A stretch of DNA of 64,000 nt from assembly GCA_045637805.1 (NCBI GenBank), contig JAZUAE010000014.1, positions 64,651 to 128,650 of the forward strand, read 5' to 3'. Below the pieces are notes generated by a model that did not search any database, had not been told where the DNA came from, and worked only from the letters and a program-made list of their open reading frames with translations. Below are positions 44,974 through 56,400 of the stretch, one piece after another (positions within the stretch are counted from its first letter, which is position 1; each line of letters starts with the position of its first letter). This DNA comes from Clostridia bacterium. Lineage in GTDB: Bacteria > Bacillota > Clostridia > Christensenellales > UBA1242. The translations under genes and the position numbers were made by a program.

Positions 44974-47900
44974 ATGTTTAAAATAAGTATTTTAAATAAA
45001 CTCATATCAATTCTTGGTGTATCAACGATTAGTGCTGATAGGACATACGATTGGTGGACTCCACTAAAGCAGGGTGCTTTTAAAGCACTTGTTACAATCT
45101 TTGATCTCTTGGTGAATGCTGCGTATTATGTTCTTAAATTTATTCTAAACATAGTCGACCTTCTTCAATATTTTGTAAAAAGACTTGTTGGATTAGATTT
45201 TTGGGGAACCGAACTGGTTAATGATCCAAATGTGAGCTACCTTGACCATGATATTGTTTTTAGGTTTATTAAAAACGATACTGTTCAAAGAGTATTCACA
45301 TATATGCTTGGCATTTTTGTTGTTTTACTTATTGTTTTTACAATTATTGCGATTATCAAAAGTGAATATTCTTATGCTACAGGCTCAGCGAAAGATAATT
45401 CAAAAAAGGGAATTGTTGGAAAATCACTCAGAGCTATTTTAATGGTAATTCTAGTTCCGATACTTTTAATAGTTGGAATCATGGCGTCTAACGCCGTACT
45501 TCAAGGCATTGTAAATGCTTTCAACTTAAATAGAGACATTACATTTGGTGGTCAAGTGTTTGTTGCTTCTTCTTATGGGGCAAACAAATACCGAAACTAT
45601 GGAAATGGTGAATATAGACTGCCAACATCAACAAGTATTGTTTTATACTATAGCACAGATGGTAGTGGGAATATTATTTCGAATACAATTAGTACGGAAT
45701 ATTCAAGAGATAAAAAATCAATAGAATTTAATACATCTGTTCCTGATGTTAACCCAATGAATTATGGAAAGAAAAAGAAAGTTACGGGCTTTTCGTTTAA
45801 AAGACCATCTTCAAATGCTGCTAATAATTCTTCAACCAAAAACAATCCTACATATTTCTGGAAAGCGTATCATGAAGGGCAATATGGTGAACAAGAACAG
45901 ACAGTTCAGTATGAGATTCTTAAATATTATTTAAAAGACATCATGCATTATACAGATGTTAAAGAATACAAAGATGTGTCATTACATGATCTAGACGGTA
46001 GTCATGAACTAATTGGTTATATTTACAATAGCTGGTTATTTAATGAGTATATGACTCAAGTTATGAGTTTTGAAGATTCAGTTGTTTCCACAAGGGTTGG
46101 CTTTACAAGTAGTTATGGTACGCGATATGATTCAGCTTTAACATATAAAAACAATCAAGTTTGGGCAGAAAGATATGATGGTGGTGAGGAAGGATTTGTT
46201 GCTCTAAGAAGTGAATACAAAGTTATGGGCGATTTTATGGACTTTATGGTAGAAAACAATCTTTCTTGCTCTATTGTTGATATAACAAATAATGAAATTG
46301 ATTGGAGTAAAGTGCCAACAGAAATCTCTAGGTATTATAACACACTCGATAATAAGATAAACCAGTTTATGGTTGAGTATGTTAATGAGGGATATGTTGT
46401 ATATACACCAAGGTGGAATAAAGAGTCTGAACTTGAAGGTTCAATTTACATTATGTGTTATAAAGATATCAACACAAAAAAATATGTACCTGTACTTGCG
46501 AACACAGTGCAAGAGGTTCAGCTTGCAACTATAAACGGAGTGGCTGCTGGCACGGATACTTACAAATTTGAATCTGATAGCCTTGGTAGTAAATATACAG
46601 GATTTATTATTGCTCGCGGTGGATTTACTGGAGAGAATAAATCATTTGCGGATGCTGATTATCCAACATATATTTCTGCAACAACAACACTGAAAAACGA
46701 AAATGGTTTAATAGCAGAAGTGAAACTTACTGATGCATACAAAGTAGATACAACATTTACGTACGCTGAATTTGATTTTATAAAAGTTATTGGTGGTGAG
46801 GGGTATTTACCAAATAGAATAGAGACAAACGCGTTTATTGAGAAAATTGAAGATGACACAGAAATTCCAAATAAAGCAAATAGCTACTATTATTACTATC
46901 AATGGAAAGATGATCGCCCTCTAACATTAAAAGATGAAATAAACAATATAAATGAAACAGTTAAAGTAGGTGTTAATGGTAGAGAAAAACCATTTAAAGA
47001 TGTGTTCTACTATGATCCTGATACGCCTGCAAATACTGCTGACGACATATCTTGGGAAGTAACAGGATATTCTTATGTGAATGAATATGGGAATAATGTT
47101 TATGGTTTTACAGCAGAAATAGATGGCTCTGTTCGCGGATTCTTACTTGAACATGACGCTGAAACAAATACTCTATCATTTATCAGATGTGATGATTTCT
47201 ATTATGTATACTGGAACGATGAAGATGGAGGATATTACTATTTATTTCAAGATGGGACTTTTCAACCAGACATTGATCCTTATACAAATGATAAAGGTGA
47301 AAAGGTTGATGTTGCCATTTTCAACTTCTATAACATGACACTTGAAGGTGTTGAAGAAGATGATACTGACGTGAAAACTGCTACATATAGCGTTGAAGGG
47401 TTTGTATACAACTCTTCGTATGTTGCCAAACTTGCAATTTACAATCCAAGTGATCTTGGTGCTGCGGACTATATTGTCGATGGAAAGAATTACTATAACA
47501 CGAATAGATTTTATGATACAGCATTAATTTTTGACAAAAAGTGCGATGGTTTCATTTATAAGATAGATTACTACAATTTCTATACTTTTAAAAATCTTAA
47601 TGGAGAGATAAAAACATACAATTATAAATCGTCAGATAATCCTAACACCATTGCTGATGAAAGAATAGAAAATGCTACACCTTTAAAATCGAAAACTGGA
47701 AGGGTTATGTTTAGCGATATTCGTCTTGAGAGATGGGAGAGTGGTTCAAATTACAAATTTCCAAAAACTATAACCTTTTCTGATCCGCATATTGTGTTCT
47801 ATCTAGATAGTTCATTAAGTGCTGAAAGATTGTACAGTGAAGGGAAAATTAGTTTAGAAAATGGAGACTATGAGGCACTACTTGAAAAAGCTGCTGAATG

Positions 47901-50562
47901 GAATGAAACAAACTTTATTCCACTATATAATAACCCTGATGATTCTTGGAAACCAAGTAGTGATGAAGCAATAAAAGATTTCTTAATAAATGGTTGGTTC
48001 TATTTATATGAAGATGAAACCTTTGATACTTACAGCGAGTTAGAGTATTACATAAATGATGCTGATGCAATAACGGATTACAATGATTACGTTGTTCAAA
48101 TTTCATTTGTTAATAAAAGACCGAATGATCCTATATGGACACTTGACTGTGAACTTGATTTAAGTGCCTTTTCAAACGATAATGTAGCTTTACGTTTTCA
48201 TTTGGCACCTATAATGAAAGTGGCTACTAATAAAGTTGTTGAATCATTTGAAGATGGAACATTCTTTATGGATTATAATTTCACAAAAGCTGGTCCAAGG
48301 CTTAATACTGTGTACAATATGTGGTTAATGGATTTTTTAATACTTGCTTTCGCAGCAGTGCTTTTATTAAAGACGCTTGGAACAGCTGTTTGGGGATTAA
48401 TAAGCCGCATTTATGAGATTACTATTTATTTTATTATAATGCCTGGTATTGCCGCTATGCTTCCACTTGACAGTGGTGATGATAAATTTAATAATTGGCG
48501 TAAAAATCTGATCAGTAAAGTTCTTGCAACTTATGGTGTAATGATCGGTTTAAATGTGTTCTTTATATTAGTAGAGCCTATCAAACAAGCGTCAAAACTC
48601 TTTAACGCTGAAGATATGGCTAGAATGACATCAGGTATTGGTAGAATTTTGTCTGGTAGTGCAGAACTTTTAAACAAAATTGTATTTATTTTGTTTCTAC
48701 TTGTAGCATTTACTATGATTAATACAGCTCCAAAAATTATTTCAGAATTAGTTGGAGCAAAAGATAATGATATACTCAAGAAAGGCAATGATACTAGAGA
48801 TGCTGTAAATAAAAATAAAGAACAGGTTGGCAAGGTAATTTCTGGACAAGAAGCTTTGGAAACTGGTAAAAATTTCATAGGAGATATACCGAAATTTATA
48901 CCAGGATCTGCATTGGTTAAAGAAGGGGCTAAAATAGGAGCTAAAGGATTAAAGAAAGGATTTAAAGGACTAAGAGATATATGGAATGGCAATGTTGGTG
49001 AATCGCAAGAAAGTGAAAAACCAAGGGATCCTGGAGTTCGAAATGATCCAGGAGAAGAAGTATCTGATTCAGAGCCATCTGCAACACCAGTATTTGAGGC
49101 TCCAACAGAAACCGATCCAAATCCTGTTACAACAGAGCCTTCAACAACGAAAGAATCAGAATCAACTTCTGCTGAACCAACGCAAGAAGCTCCAACAGGT
49201 AAAGAATCGGATAAAGTACAAACTTCTGCTGAACCAACGCAAGAAGCTCCAACAAGTAAAGAATCGGATAAAGTACAAACATCTGATGTGTCAAATAAAG
49301 AAACACCTAATAACGATGGTAGAATACAAGAGGAACCTCTCTTTGGTAATACTCCACCAAAATCAGGTGCAATTCAAGAAGAACCTCTTAATTTAAATGC
49401 AAATAATGATAATGTTGAAAAAACAAATGAAAACAACAACTCAAATGTAACAAATAAGAAGCATTCATTTGGTGGAAATAAAAAGCAACAACGTTTAAAA
49501 GAATTAGAAAAAATGAAGAAAGCAAATAAAGCTGTTAAAATGTCTGATGTTGAGGTTGGTAACATCATTGACGCTTCAAATATACCAGGTGCAATTCAAG
49601 AAGAATCTTTAAATTTAGGTGGTAAACCTGATGCTGTTGAACAACAAGTAAACAAATCTGGCAAGAACAATAAAAAGTTTACAAAAAGCAATAAGCCAAA
49701 GATGTCTAGAAAAGAAAAGAAGGCCCTAAAAAAATCTATTGAAAACGCAAATAAAAAGGCAGCTAATAGTGCGAAAAAAGACATTGAAGTTAAGAAAGAA
49801 CCACCAGTGTTAGTTCCTAATGATATAAAAGAAGAGCCACTTAATATAAATACTGAATCTGTTATAAGTGAGAAAAAGGACAACAATAAAAATAGCGTTG
49901 AAAAACCATTGAAAGAGAATGGTGTAAAAGCATCATCTAAAGGTACTGACGTAAAAGAAGGTGGTAAAGCGGAACCTATCGCAGCTGATACGAACTCTGA
50001 AGTTACAAAGAATAAAAAACCTGTTAAGGCTGTTGCTGAAACGAAAAATAGAAAACAAAGTGATCAGGGCGAAAACGAAAAGGTTAAACCAAAAATATCT
50101 CGAAAAAGACCTATTAAGACTCCAAATGTAAAGGCTAAGGCTGATAAGAACGCTGAAACTAAAAAGAATAAAAAACCTGTTAAGGACTCTAAGGGGCAGG
50201 TAAATGCTAAAAAAGAGGCTATTGCAGTTAAAACGAAAGCTGAAGATAAAAAATCAATAGGTAGAAAGCCAAGAGAAGATAAAAAGGTTGATATAAAACA
50301 AAGAAAGCTTGATATTAAATACATGAAAAAACAAGATGATATTAATAATCTTAAACAAGATTTAAAAACCTTATGGAGCAAAAAACAAGACAACCGTTCT
50401 ACCGGTGTGGATTCAAGAAAACTTGATGCTCAAATCGACAAAAAATTTGCAAACCTTATGGGTAACATTGAAAAGCAAGAAAAAATCAAAGCTAGACAAG
50501 AAGCAAATAGAAGACGTCGAGAAAGACGAATGAAAGAGTCTGAGGACAAAAAACAAACTTAG
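44974..50562 (+). CDS. Giant membrane protein paralogue 1 (1862 aa): N-terminal TM module, large ectodomain, VirB6/TrbL-like polytopic module (inferred), long Lys/Glu-rich tail
   Basis: Uninterrupted ORF with a GGGGA SD. N-module motifs NIVDLLQYFVKRLVGLD and LLIVFTIIAIIKSEY. C-module MDFLILAFAAVLLLKTLGTAVWGLISRIYEITIYFIIMPG... These motifs are shared with 53411-60289 and 60337-64000. Confidence 0.8.
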   Translation: MFKISILNKLISILGVSTISADRTYDWWTPLKQGAFKALVTIFDLLVNAAYYVLKFILNIVDLLQYFVKRLVGLDFWGTELVNDPNVSYLDHDIVFRFIKNDTVQRVFTYMLGIFVVLLIVFTIIAIIKSEYSYATGSAKDNSKKGIVGKSLRAILMVILVPILLIVGIMASNAVLQGIVNAFNLNRDITFGGQVFVASSYGANKYRNYGNGEYRLPTSTSIVLYYSTDGSGNIISNTISTEYSRDKKSIEFNTSVPDVNPMNYGKKKKVTGFSFKRPSSNAANNSSTKNNPTYFWKAYHEGQYGEQEQTVQYEILKYYLKDIMHYTDVKEYKDVSLHDLDGSHELIGYIYNSWLFNEYMTQVMSFEDSVVSTRVGFTSSYGTRYDSALTYKNNQVWAERYDGGEEGFVALRSEYKVMGDFMDFMVENNLSCSIVDITNNEIDWSKVPTEISRYYNTLDNKINQFMVEYVNEGYVVYTPRWNKESELEGSIYIMCYKDINTKKYVPVLANTVQEVQLATINGVAAGTDTYKFESDSLGSKYTGFIIARGGFTGENKSFADADYPTYISATTTLKNENGLIAEVKLTDAYKVDTTFTYAEFDFIKVIGGEGYLPNRIETNAFIEKIEDDTEIPNKANSYYYYYQWKDDRPLTLKDEINNINETVKVGVNGREKPFKDVFYYDPDTPANTADDISWEVTGYSYVNEYGNNVYGFTAEIDGSVRGFLLEHDAETNTLSFIRCDDFYYVYWNDEDGGYYYLFQDGTFQPDIDPYTNDKGEKVDVAIFNFYNMTLEGVEEDDTDVKTATYSVEGFVYNSSYVAKLAIYNPSDLGAADYIVDGKNYYNTNRFYDTALIFDKKCDGFIYKIDYYNFYTFKNLNGEIKTYNYKSSDNPNTIADERIENATPLKSKTGRVMFSDIRLERWESGSNYKFPKTITFSDPHIVFYLDSSLSAERLYSEGKISLENGDYEALLEKAAEWNETNFIPLYNNPDDSWKPSSDEAIKDFLINGWFYLYEDETFDTYSELEYYINDADAITDYNDYVVQISFVNKRPNDPIWTLDCELDLSAFSNDNVALRFHLAPIMKVATNKVVESFEDGTFFMDYNFTKAGPRLNTVYNMWLMDFLILAFAAVLLLKTLGTAVWGLISRIYEITIYFIIMPGIAAMLPLDSGDDKFNNWRKNLISKVLATYGVMIGLNVFFILVEPIKQASKLFNAEDMARMTSGIGRILSGSAELLNKIVFILFLLVAFTMINTAPKIISELVGAKDNDILKKGNDTRDAVNKNKEQVGKVISGQEALETGKNFIGDIPKFIPGSALVKEGAKIGAKGLKKGFKGLRDIWNGNVGESQESEKPRDPGVRNDPGEEVSDSEPSATPVFEAPTETDPNPVTTEPSTTKESESTSAEPTQEAPTGKESDKVQTSAEPTQEAPTSKESDKVQTSDVSNKETPNNDGRIQEEPLFGNTPPKSGAIQEEPLNLNANNDNVEKTNENNNSNVTNKKHSFGGNKKQQRLKELEKMKKANKAVKMSDVEVGNIIDASNIPGAIQEESLNLGGKPDAVEQQVNKSGKNNKKFTKSNKPKMSRKEKKALKKSIENANKKAANSAKKDIEVKKEPPVLVPNDIKEEPLNINTESVISEKKDNNKNSVEKPLKENGVKASSKGTDVKEGGKAEPIAADTNSEVTKNKKPVKAVAETKNRKQSDQGENEKVKPKISRKRPIKTPNVKAKADKNAETKKNKKPVKDSKGQVNAKKEAIAVKTKAEDKKSIGRKPREDKKVDIKQRKLDIKYMKKQDDINNLKQDLKTLWSKKQDNRSTGVDSRKLDAQIDKKFANLMGNIEKQEKIKARQEANRRRRERRMKESEDKKQT
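49165..49278 (+). repeat. Tandem 57-nt (19-aa) coding repeat, 2 copies, 1 mismatch
   Basis: ACTTCTGCTGAACCAACGCAAGAAGCTCCAACA[G/A]GTAAAGAATCGGATAAAGTACAA starts at 49165 and again at 49222. Encodes TSAEPTQEAPT(G/S)KESDKVQ. Confidence 0.9.
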
Positions 50563-50567
50563 ATGAA

Positions 50568-50588
50568 GGGCAGGGCTCCGCCCAGCCC
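50568..50588 (+). other. GC-rich hairpin in the giant gene 1 / virB4-like intergenic spacer
   Basis: GGGCAGGGC TCC GCCCAGCCC is a 9-bp stem with one central A-A mismatch. No T-run follows. It is a striking GC island in AT-rich DNA. Confidence 0.5.
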
Positions 50589-50617
50589 TCCACTAAGAAT
50601 TAAACTAGGAGAAATTT

Positions 50618-53380
50618 ATGGGAAGATTAATACCAAAAAATACGAGAGTTAAAACACAGTTTTTTAAAAACTTCACCCTGATGGACGGCGTAGTTGCGCT
50701 TGTTTTTGTCATTTTGCTCGCTTTAACATTGTTTGCGGAGTTAAGTCTTTCTCTTAAACTTGTTATTGTTGTTGCTATTGTAATCTTTGCTGTTGTTATG
50801 CTTATGAACCTTTCACCTGAAACTAGAACATATCAGGTAATAGGTGATATGATTAAATTTGTTTTTGGAATTAAAAAATTCAGAAAAACAGGTCATTCAA
50901 CAAATAGAAGTGTTGAATCACTTCTACCTTATGTAAAACTTAATGAACAAATCTTGAACGAAGGTGAAAAATATAGTGAAAGAAGAATAGGTATTATTGA
51001 TTATGCTGATTACTATGGTATAGTCTTTGAAATAAAGTCAATTCAATTCTATATGTTAACACTTGCACGCCAGAATGCGTATATTGATGCTTTTGATAAT
51101 GCTTTAAAAGTATTGAGTCCAGATCAGTCAGCTTCTCTTTATAAATTTTCAAGACCAATGGTGTTAGATTCTTATATTGAAAGTGAACTTAATAAACGTG
51201 AAGAAATTCTAGAAAACATTAAAAATGGCTCTACTAAGCCTGCAGAGGCTAAACCTAGAATCGAAATTGTTGAATCAAGAATTAATTCTCTTGATGCAAT
51301 GAATGTTGATAAAGATTTTCCTATTTTAAAGGATCACATGTACATGGTGGTTTACGGAAAATCAGTTAAGGGTTTACTTTCAACTGTAAGTTTTATGGTA
51401 GACACTATCCATGGTAATACGAATGGCGTTCTTGAATGTGAGATCCTTGATCGTAAAGGCGTTGCTATATTCTTGAAAAACTATTATGATTCAGCTTTTG
51501 ATGAAAGAGAAATTAACGAAATTGAGCCAAAAGATTATATTGAATGGATTACTCCAAGAGAAGTGTCTTTTTCGGCAACAAAACATTCTATAAATGGCGT
51601 TTCACAAACTGCATATATGGTTGCAGATTATCCTCTTCAGGTACCAAATGCTTGGGGTAGAAATTTCTTTAGTGTTCCTGCAACAAAGGTTTGTGTAAAC
51701 TTTACTCCAGTATCACAACATGATGCTGAGCGTCGTTTGGACCGTGCTATCATGGAGATGGAAATCCAGGCGAGTAAACGTGGTAGAGCATCTTCTATGC
51801 TTGAAAAAGATACTCACCTTGATACTCTTCAAGACTTGTTATCATCTATTAAGACTGGTAATGAGGTCTTGTTTGATACATCTATATATTTAATCGTTGA
51901 AGAAGAACATAAAAAATTGCTTCGCACTCAACTTATGCGACAAGGTTTTAAGCATGCTGATATGTTCGGTAGACAGTTAGATTGTTTCATAAACGCAAAC
52001 GTTTCAAGAAGAAATAGTATTAAAAAATATGAACGCGGTATTAATAGTACTTCCTTTGCAGCAATGTTTCCATTCATATCCGAAGAAATTAACGATCCTA
52101 AAGGTTTTTATTTCGGTGTAACAAGAACGGATCCTGTATTTATTGATTTCTTTAAGCGTGACAAAGAACACGTCAACTCTAACCTCGTTGTTATGGGTAA
52201 GTCTGGTTCAGGTAAATCATTCAGTGTAAAATCAATTCTTTCACACTTAGCGTCAGATAATACAAAAATATTTATTCTTGACCCTGAGCGTGAGTATGAC
52301 ATACTATGTAGAAACCTTAATGGTAAAGTCGTCGATGTTGGTTCGGCAAAAGAGGGTAGAATTAATCCACTCCAAATCATTACATCTCTTGAAGATGAAG
52401 ATGAAGAAGGACAAAATGTATCCCTTGCTTCACACTTGCAGTTCCTTGAAGCATTCTTTAAAATGATCCTTGATGGTATTACAAACGATGCGTTGGAAGT
52501 TTTAAACGAATCAATTAAAAATTTATATGCTAAATTTAATATTACTGAAAAAACTGATATTAATGAATTAAAACCAAATCAGTTCCCTATAATGCAAGAC
52601 TTATTTGTTCATGTAGGGGAAGAGTATGAGAAGGCTACTGATGAATATCAAAGGAACAACTTAAAGATAATTAAAGTATATTTAAACAAGTTTGCTGAAG
52701 GTGGACGAAATAGTTTACTTTGGAATGGTTACTCAACAATCACTGCTGAAGAAAACTTTATCGTGTTCAACTTTCAATCATTACTCGCAAACGATAATAA
52801 CGATATTGCTAACGCGCAAATGATGCTTATTGTGCGTTGGCTCATGAATGAAATCATTAAAAACAAAGACTTTAATGCTAAATATAAAATTAATAGAAAA
52901 GTTGTTGTTGCAATTGATGAAGCACACGTATTTATCGATCCAAAGAAAGACGTTGCGCTTGATTTCATGAAAAACTTAGCAAAGCGTATTAGAAAATACA
53001 ACGGTATGCAAATCGTTATAACTCAAAACATAAAAGACTTCGTTGGTACTCCAGAAATTGCTCTTAAGAGTACAGCGATTATTAATGCGAGTCAGTATTC
53101 TATGATTTTCAGTCTTGCTCCTCAAGATATTACCGACCTTGTTAATCTTTATGAAAAATCTGGTCAAATCAATGAAGAGGAACAAAATAAAATTGTATCG
53201 AATGCTCGTGGTAGTTGTTTCTTTATTAGTGGCCCATACGAGAGAACAAATATTAATGTTATCGTTAATGATAGGATTAAAGATTTGTTTGAGAAACTTC
53301 GTACTGATGCATCTTCTGGTCGTGTACTTGTTACTGAGGAACCAGAAAAACCAAAAACAAATAATAAAAAATCTAATTAA
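50618..53380 (+). CDS. VirB4/TraE-family T4SS ATPase with an N-terminal VirB3/PrgI-like two-TM segment (920 aa)
   Basis: Residues 10-65 (TRVKTQFFKNFTLMDGVVALVFVILLAL...) look like a fused VirB3/PrgI membrane hairpin. Walker A VVMGKSGSGKSF, Walker B VVVAIDEAHVFI. Size and order are typical of VirB4. Confidence 0.85.
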   Translation: MGRLIPKNTRVKTQFFKNFTLMDGVVALVFVILLALTLFAELSLSLKLVIVVAIVIFAVVMLMNLSPETRTYQVIGDMIKFVFGIKKFRKTGHSTNRSVESLLPYVKLNEQILNEGEKYSERRIGIIDYADYYGIVFEIKSIQFYMLTLARQNAYIDAFDNALKVLSPDQSASLYKFSRPMVLDSYIESELNKREEILENIKNGSTKPAEAKPRIEIVESRINSLDAMNVDKDFPILKDHMYMVVYGKSVKGLLSTVSFMVDTIHGNTNGVLECEILDRKGVAIFLKNYYDSAFDEREINEIEPKDYIEWITPREVSFSATKHSINGVSQTAYMVADYPLQVPNAWGRNFFSVPATKVCVNFTPVSQHDAERRLDRAIMEMEIQASKRGRASSMLEKDTHLDTLQDLLSSIKTGNEVLFDTSIYLIVEEEHKKLLRTQLMRQGFKHADMFGRQLDCFINANVSRRNSIKKYERGINSTSFAAMFPFISEEINDPKGFYFGVTRTDPVFIDFFKRDKEHVNSNLVVMGKSGSGKSFSVKSILSHLASDNTKIFILDPEREYDILCRNLNGKVVDVGSAKEGRINPLQIITSLEDEDEEGQNVSLASHLQFLEAFFKMILDGITNDALEVLNESIKNLYAKFNITEKTDINELKPNQFPIMQDLFVHVGEEYEKATDEYQRNNLKIIKVYLNKFAEGGRNSLLWNGYSTITAEENFIVFNFQSLLANDNNDIANAQMMLIVRWLMNEIIKNKDFNAKYKINRKVVVAIDEAHVFIDPKKDVALDFMKNLAKRIRKYNGMQIVITQNIKDFVGTPEIALKSTAIINASQYSMIFSLAPQDITDLVNLYEKSGQINEEEQNKIVSNARGSCFFISGPYERTNINVIVNDRIKDLFEKLRTDASSGRVLVTEEPEKPKTNNKKSN

Positions 53381-53410
53381 AAACATTTTTAGTACAAAGG
53401 AGAATGTTAG

Positions 53411-56400
53411 ATGATTAATTTACTTTCTAAAATTAATATATCTATACTTGGAAGCAAACTTGCTTCTCTTTCTCCTTTGATGCTAAATACAGTTCAAGGC
53501 TTTGATGCAACAACTTTAGTTAACACAGGACTTTTATATTTATTTAATATTTTATTGAATTTTATTGTAAAAGTTATATATCATATATGTGCGTTTGTAT
53601 TAAATATTGTCGATTTCTTTCAGTTTGTTATCAATAAAATAATAGGGCTTGGCAATGAATATATTGTATTTGACACACAAAACCCATTAATGAAATTATT
53701 GTTAAACGACACAGTTTGGAAGGTGTTTACCTATGTGTTTGGTTTAGCTATTATTTTATTGATAGTATTCACAATTTATGCTATTATTCGTTCTGAATAT
53801 AGATTTGCAACAGGACAAGAAGGCGATAATAACAAGGCAAGAGTTATAGGTCGTTCACTAAGATCTATATCTATTATGGCAATGTTTCCTATAATACTTT
53901 TTGGTTCAATAATACTATTGAATTCTATTTTGTATGGTTTTAACAATGTCTTTATGCAAGCGTCTGGTGATGGCACAATTTCTCTTGGTGGACAAACCTT
54001 TACTGCAGCCGCATATAATGCGAACAAATATAGAATTTATGCTAAAGGAAATCAAAGAATACCTGTTTTTATCAATTTTGATGATCCTATTCAAAATGGG
54101 CAAGCAGATGGCTATACTTCAGAAGAATTAGCTGATATTTATAAAAGATTCAATATAGATGAAGGCGCAGACCTTCACCACATGTATGCTTATGGCGAAT
54201 TTGATGCTTGGAAAGATACTATATCTTACAGAAACTATAAAATTTACAATACAACAAAATATGCAAACCACGAAACATTTATTGCAACTCCAGATCAATA
54301 CTATGTTATGGCAGATTTTACTGATTTTGCAGTAAAAACAGGATTAACTTATACATATAAGAGTGTAAAAGATGATGATATTTCTTGGAAGTATGTGGAC
54401 GAAACAGTGTTTAATCCAAGAACTTTAACGCTTTCTATTACTTATCGTGATGCTAATAACATCATTGAAGGTGAAGATTCTGATAGTTATGTAATGGAGA
54501 TTACTCCATCTTCAATAGATATGACTACACCTATTAAAGATGCAATCGCTGCCATTTCTACAATGCTTGCAATAGGTGATTATAGTGATAAAACCTTTAA
54601 CATTTTAAATCGAGATAATGACTATATTAACTATGTTGAATGGGATACAAGAAAAGTTTGCTTAAAACTTTCTGAAGGCTTTGAGTTAAGTGATTCATCT
54701 ACTTGGACTGTTTCAGACAGTATCATTCTTTATGAATGGAGTAGGTATGATTATAACAATACAATAGAAAGTTATTTAACTATTGATGAATTAAAAACAA
54801 ATGGTGTTGAACTTGATGCTCAAATACTTACAAAACGTAAATATGAAACAACTCTTTCAAAATATGTTGTGACTGAGGAAGTAGATGTTGTTTTAATTAA
54901 TAATAACTACTATAAAATTGTTGAGGCTAAAGACAAAACAAACACTTCAAATTACGACAAAAATGGATCCTTATATTTCTACTTACTTGGATACGATGTG
55001 AAAAGTGATAGTGGAATAGATGCTGATATCACTTTTGATAGAAACTCACTTGAAAGCATTGAAAAATATGTCGATGATTATATTTATAAATATACGCTTG
55101 AACCTGTAGTTGGTCAAAAAGTTCACACGGTTAACTATAATGGTAAAGACTATTATATTCTTGAAGATGAATTCCATTCGACAGAAAGTGGTTTAATAAA
55201 CGATTATAACTGGGACGCTTTCGGTAAAAACAAAGTACGCAGAATCGTTAAGATTGATGAAAAATACTATTTTTATGAAACAGATATTGAAGTTGATGTA
55301 TCTGAAACATTCCAGGTAGAAACTTCTTATTATTACTATGCTCCTGACATTGTTGGAAAAGCTGTTACTGAAATTGAAAAAGGATATTTTGTAACAAGTA
55401 ATGGTAAATTTGTGCTTTCTGATGATGTTGTTCATATGCGTGGGGTTAAAGACAGTGTTGGAACAGTAGATATTGTAGAAGGAACTTATTATAATAGCGA
55501 AGAATCATTCCAAGATGTAAAAGCAAATAAGGAAAATGGAACATTTGAATATATTGATCCAGATACTTTAGAAAAAAATTATACCTTCTATGATGATTTA
55601 TTATCAAATAATATAAGAACAGTTTCTTGGCCTGAAAAACTCATATCTGATTTGCAAGTTATATATAAAGATGTTAATCTTGAATTATTAATTTCAAATG
55701 GTACATGGCTCACAAAACTTAGTGAATTGTCTTCTAATTATTTTGCTTCATCTCTTGGTGTGAATGCACATGCAGCATTTGCAAGTAGTCTTATTCACCC
55801 TCTAGGTATGATAATTTCAGAGCTCATGCTTGGAATGATTGTTGATGGAAATCCATATTATGATTATAGTGATTTAGTGTTCTCATCAGTTTATGATGAA
55901 AGCACGATTAATGGCTTAATTTTATCATTGCTCGGTGAAGAAAAGTACTATCAAACAAAACAAGAATTGGCGGGTTTTGTTGAGATATTCAATGGATATT
56001 TTGCAAAAATGCTTGATGAAATTGCTTATGCTGAAAACTTTGATTTAAAAGTAGGCAAAGAGGCAAGTGTTCAATTATTTACATATAAGGCATATTTAGC
56101 AAGCGTACTCCTATCTGACGACTGTGCTAGATACTTTACAGATCTAGCTCTTATGATTGTGGCTCAAAATGATTTTATTGTTCAAATAGAAAATGAGATT
56201 GGTGATTACACTGAAAAGCCATTAGAAAATATAAACTTTAAAGTGGCTGGACAAAAATTCACTGAAATTTTAGATGGTATAATGTCAATATTTACAAATG
56301 CTCAGGATAATGAGGTTTTCCGAGTGTTTGCTACATACCTTGGTGCATTCATTGATGCCGAGGGTAGAGTACTTGGATATGATGAAAATGTAAACATGTC

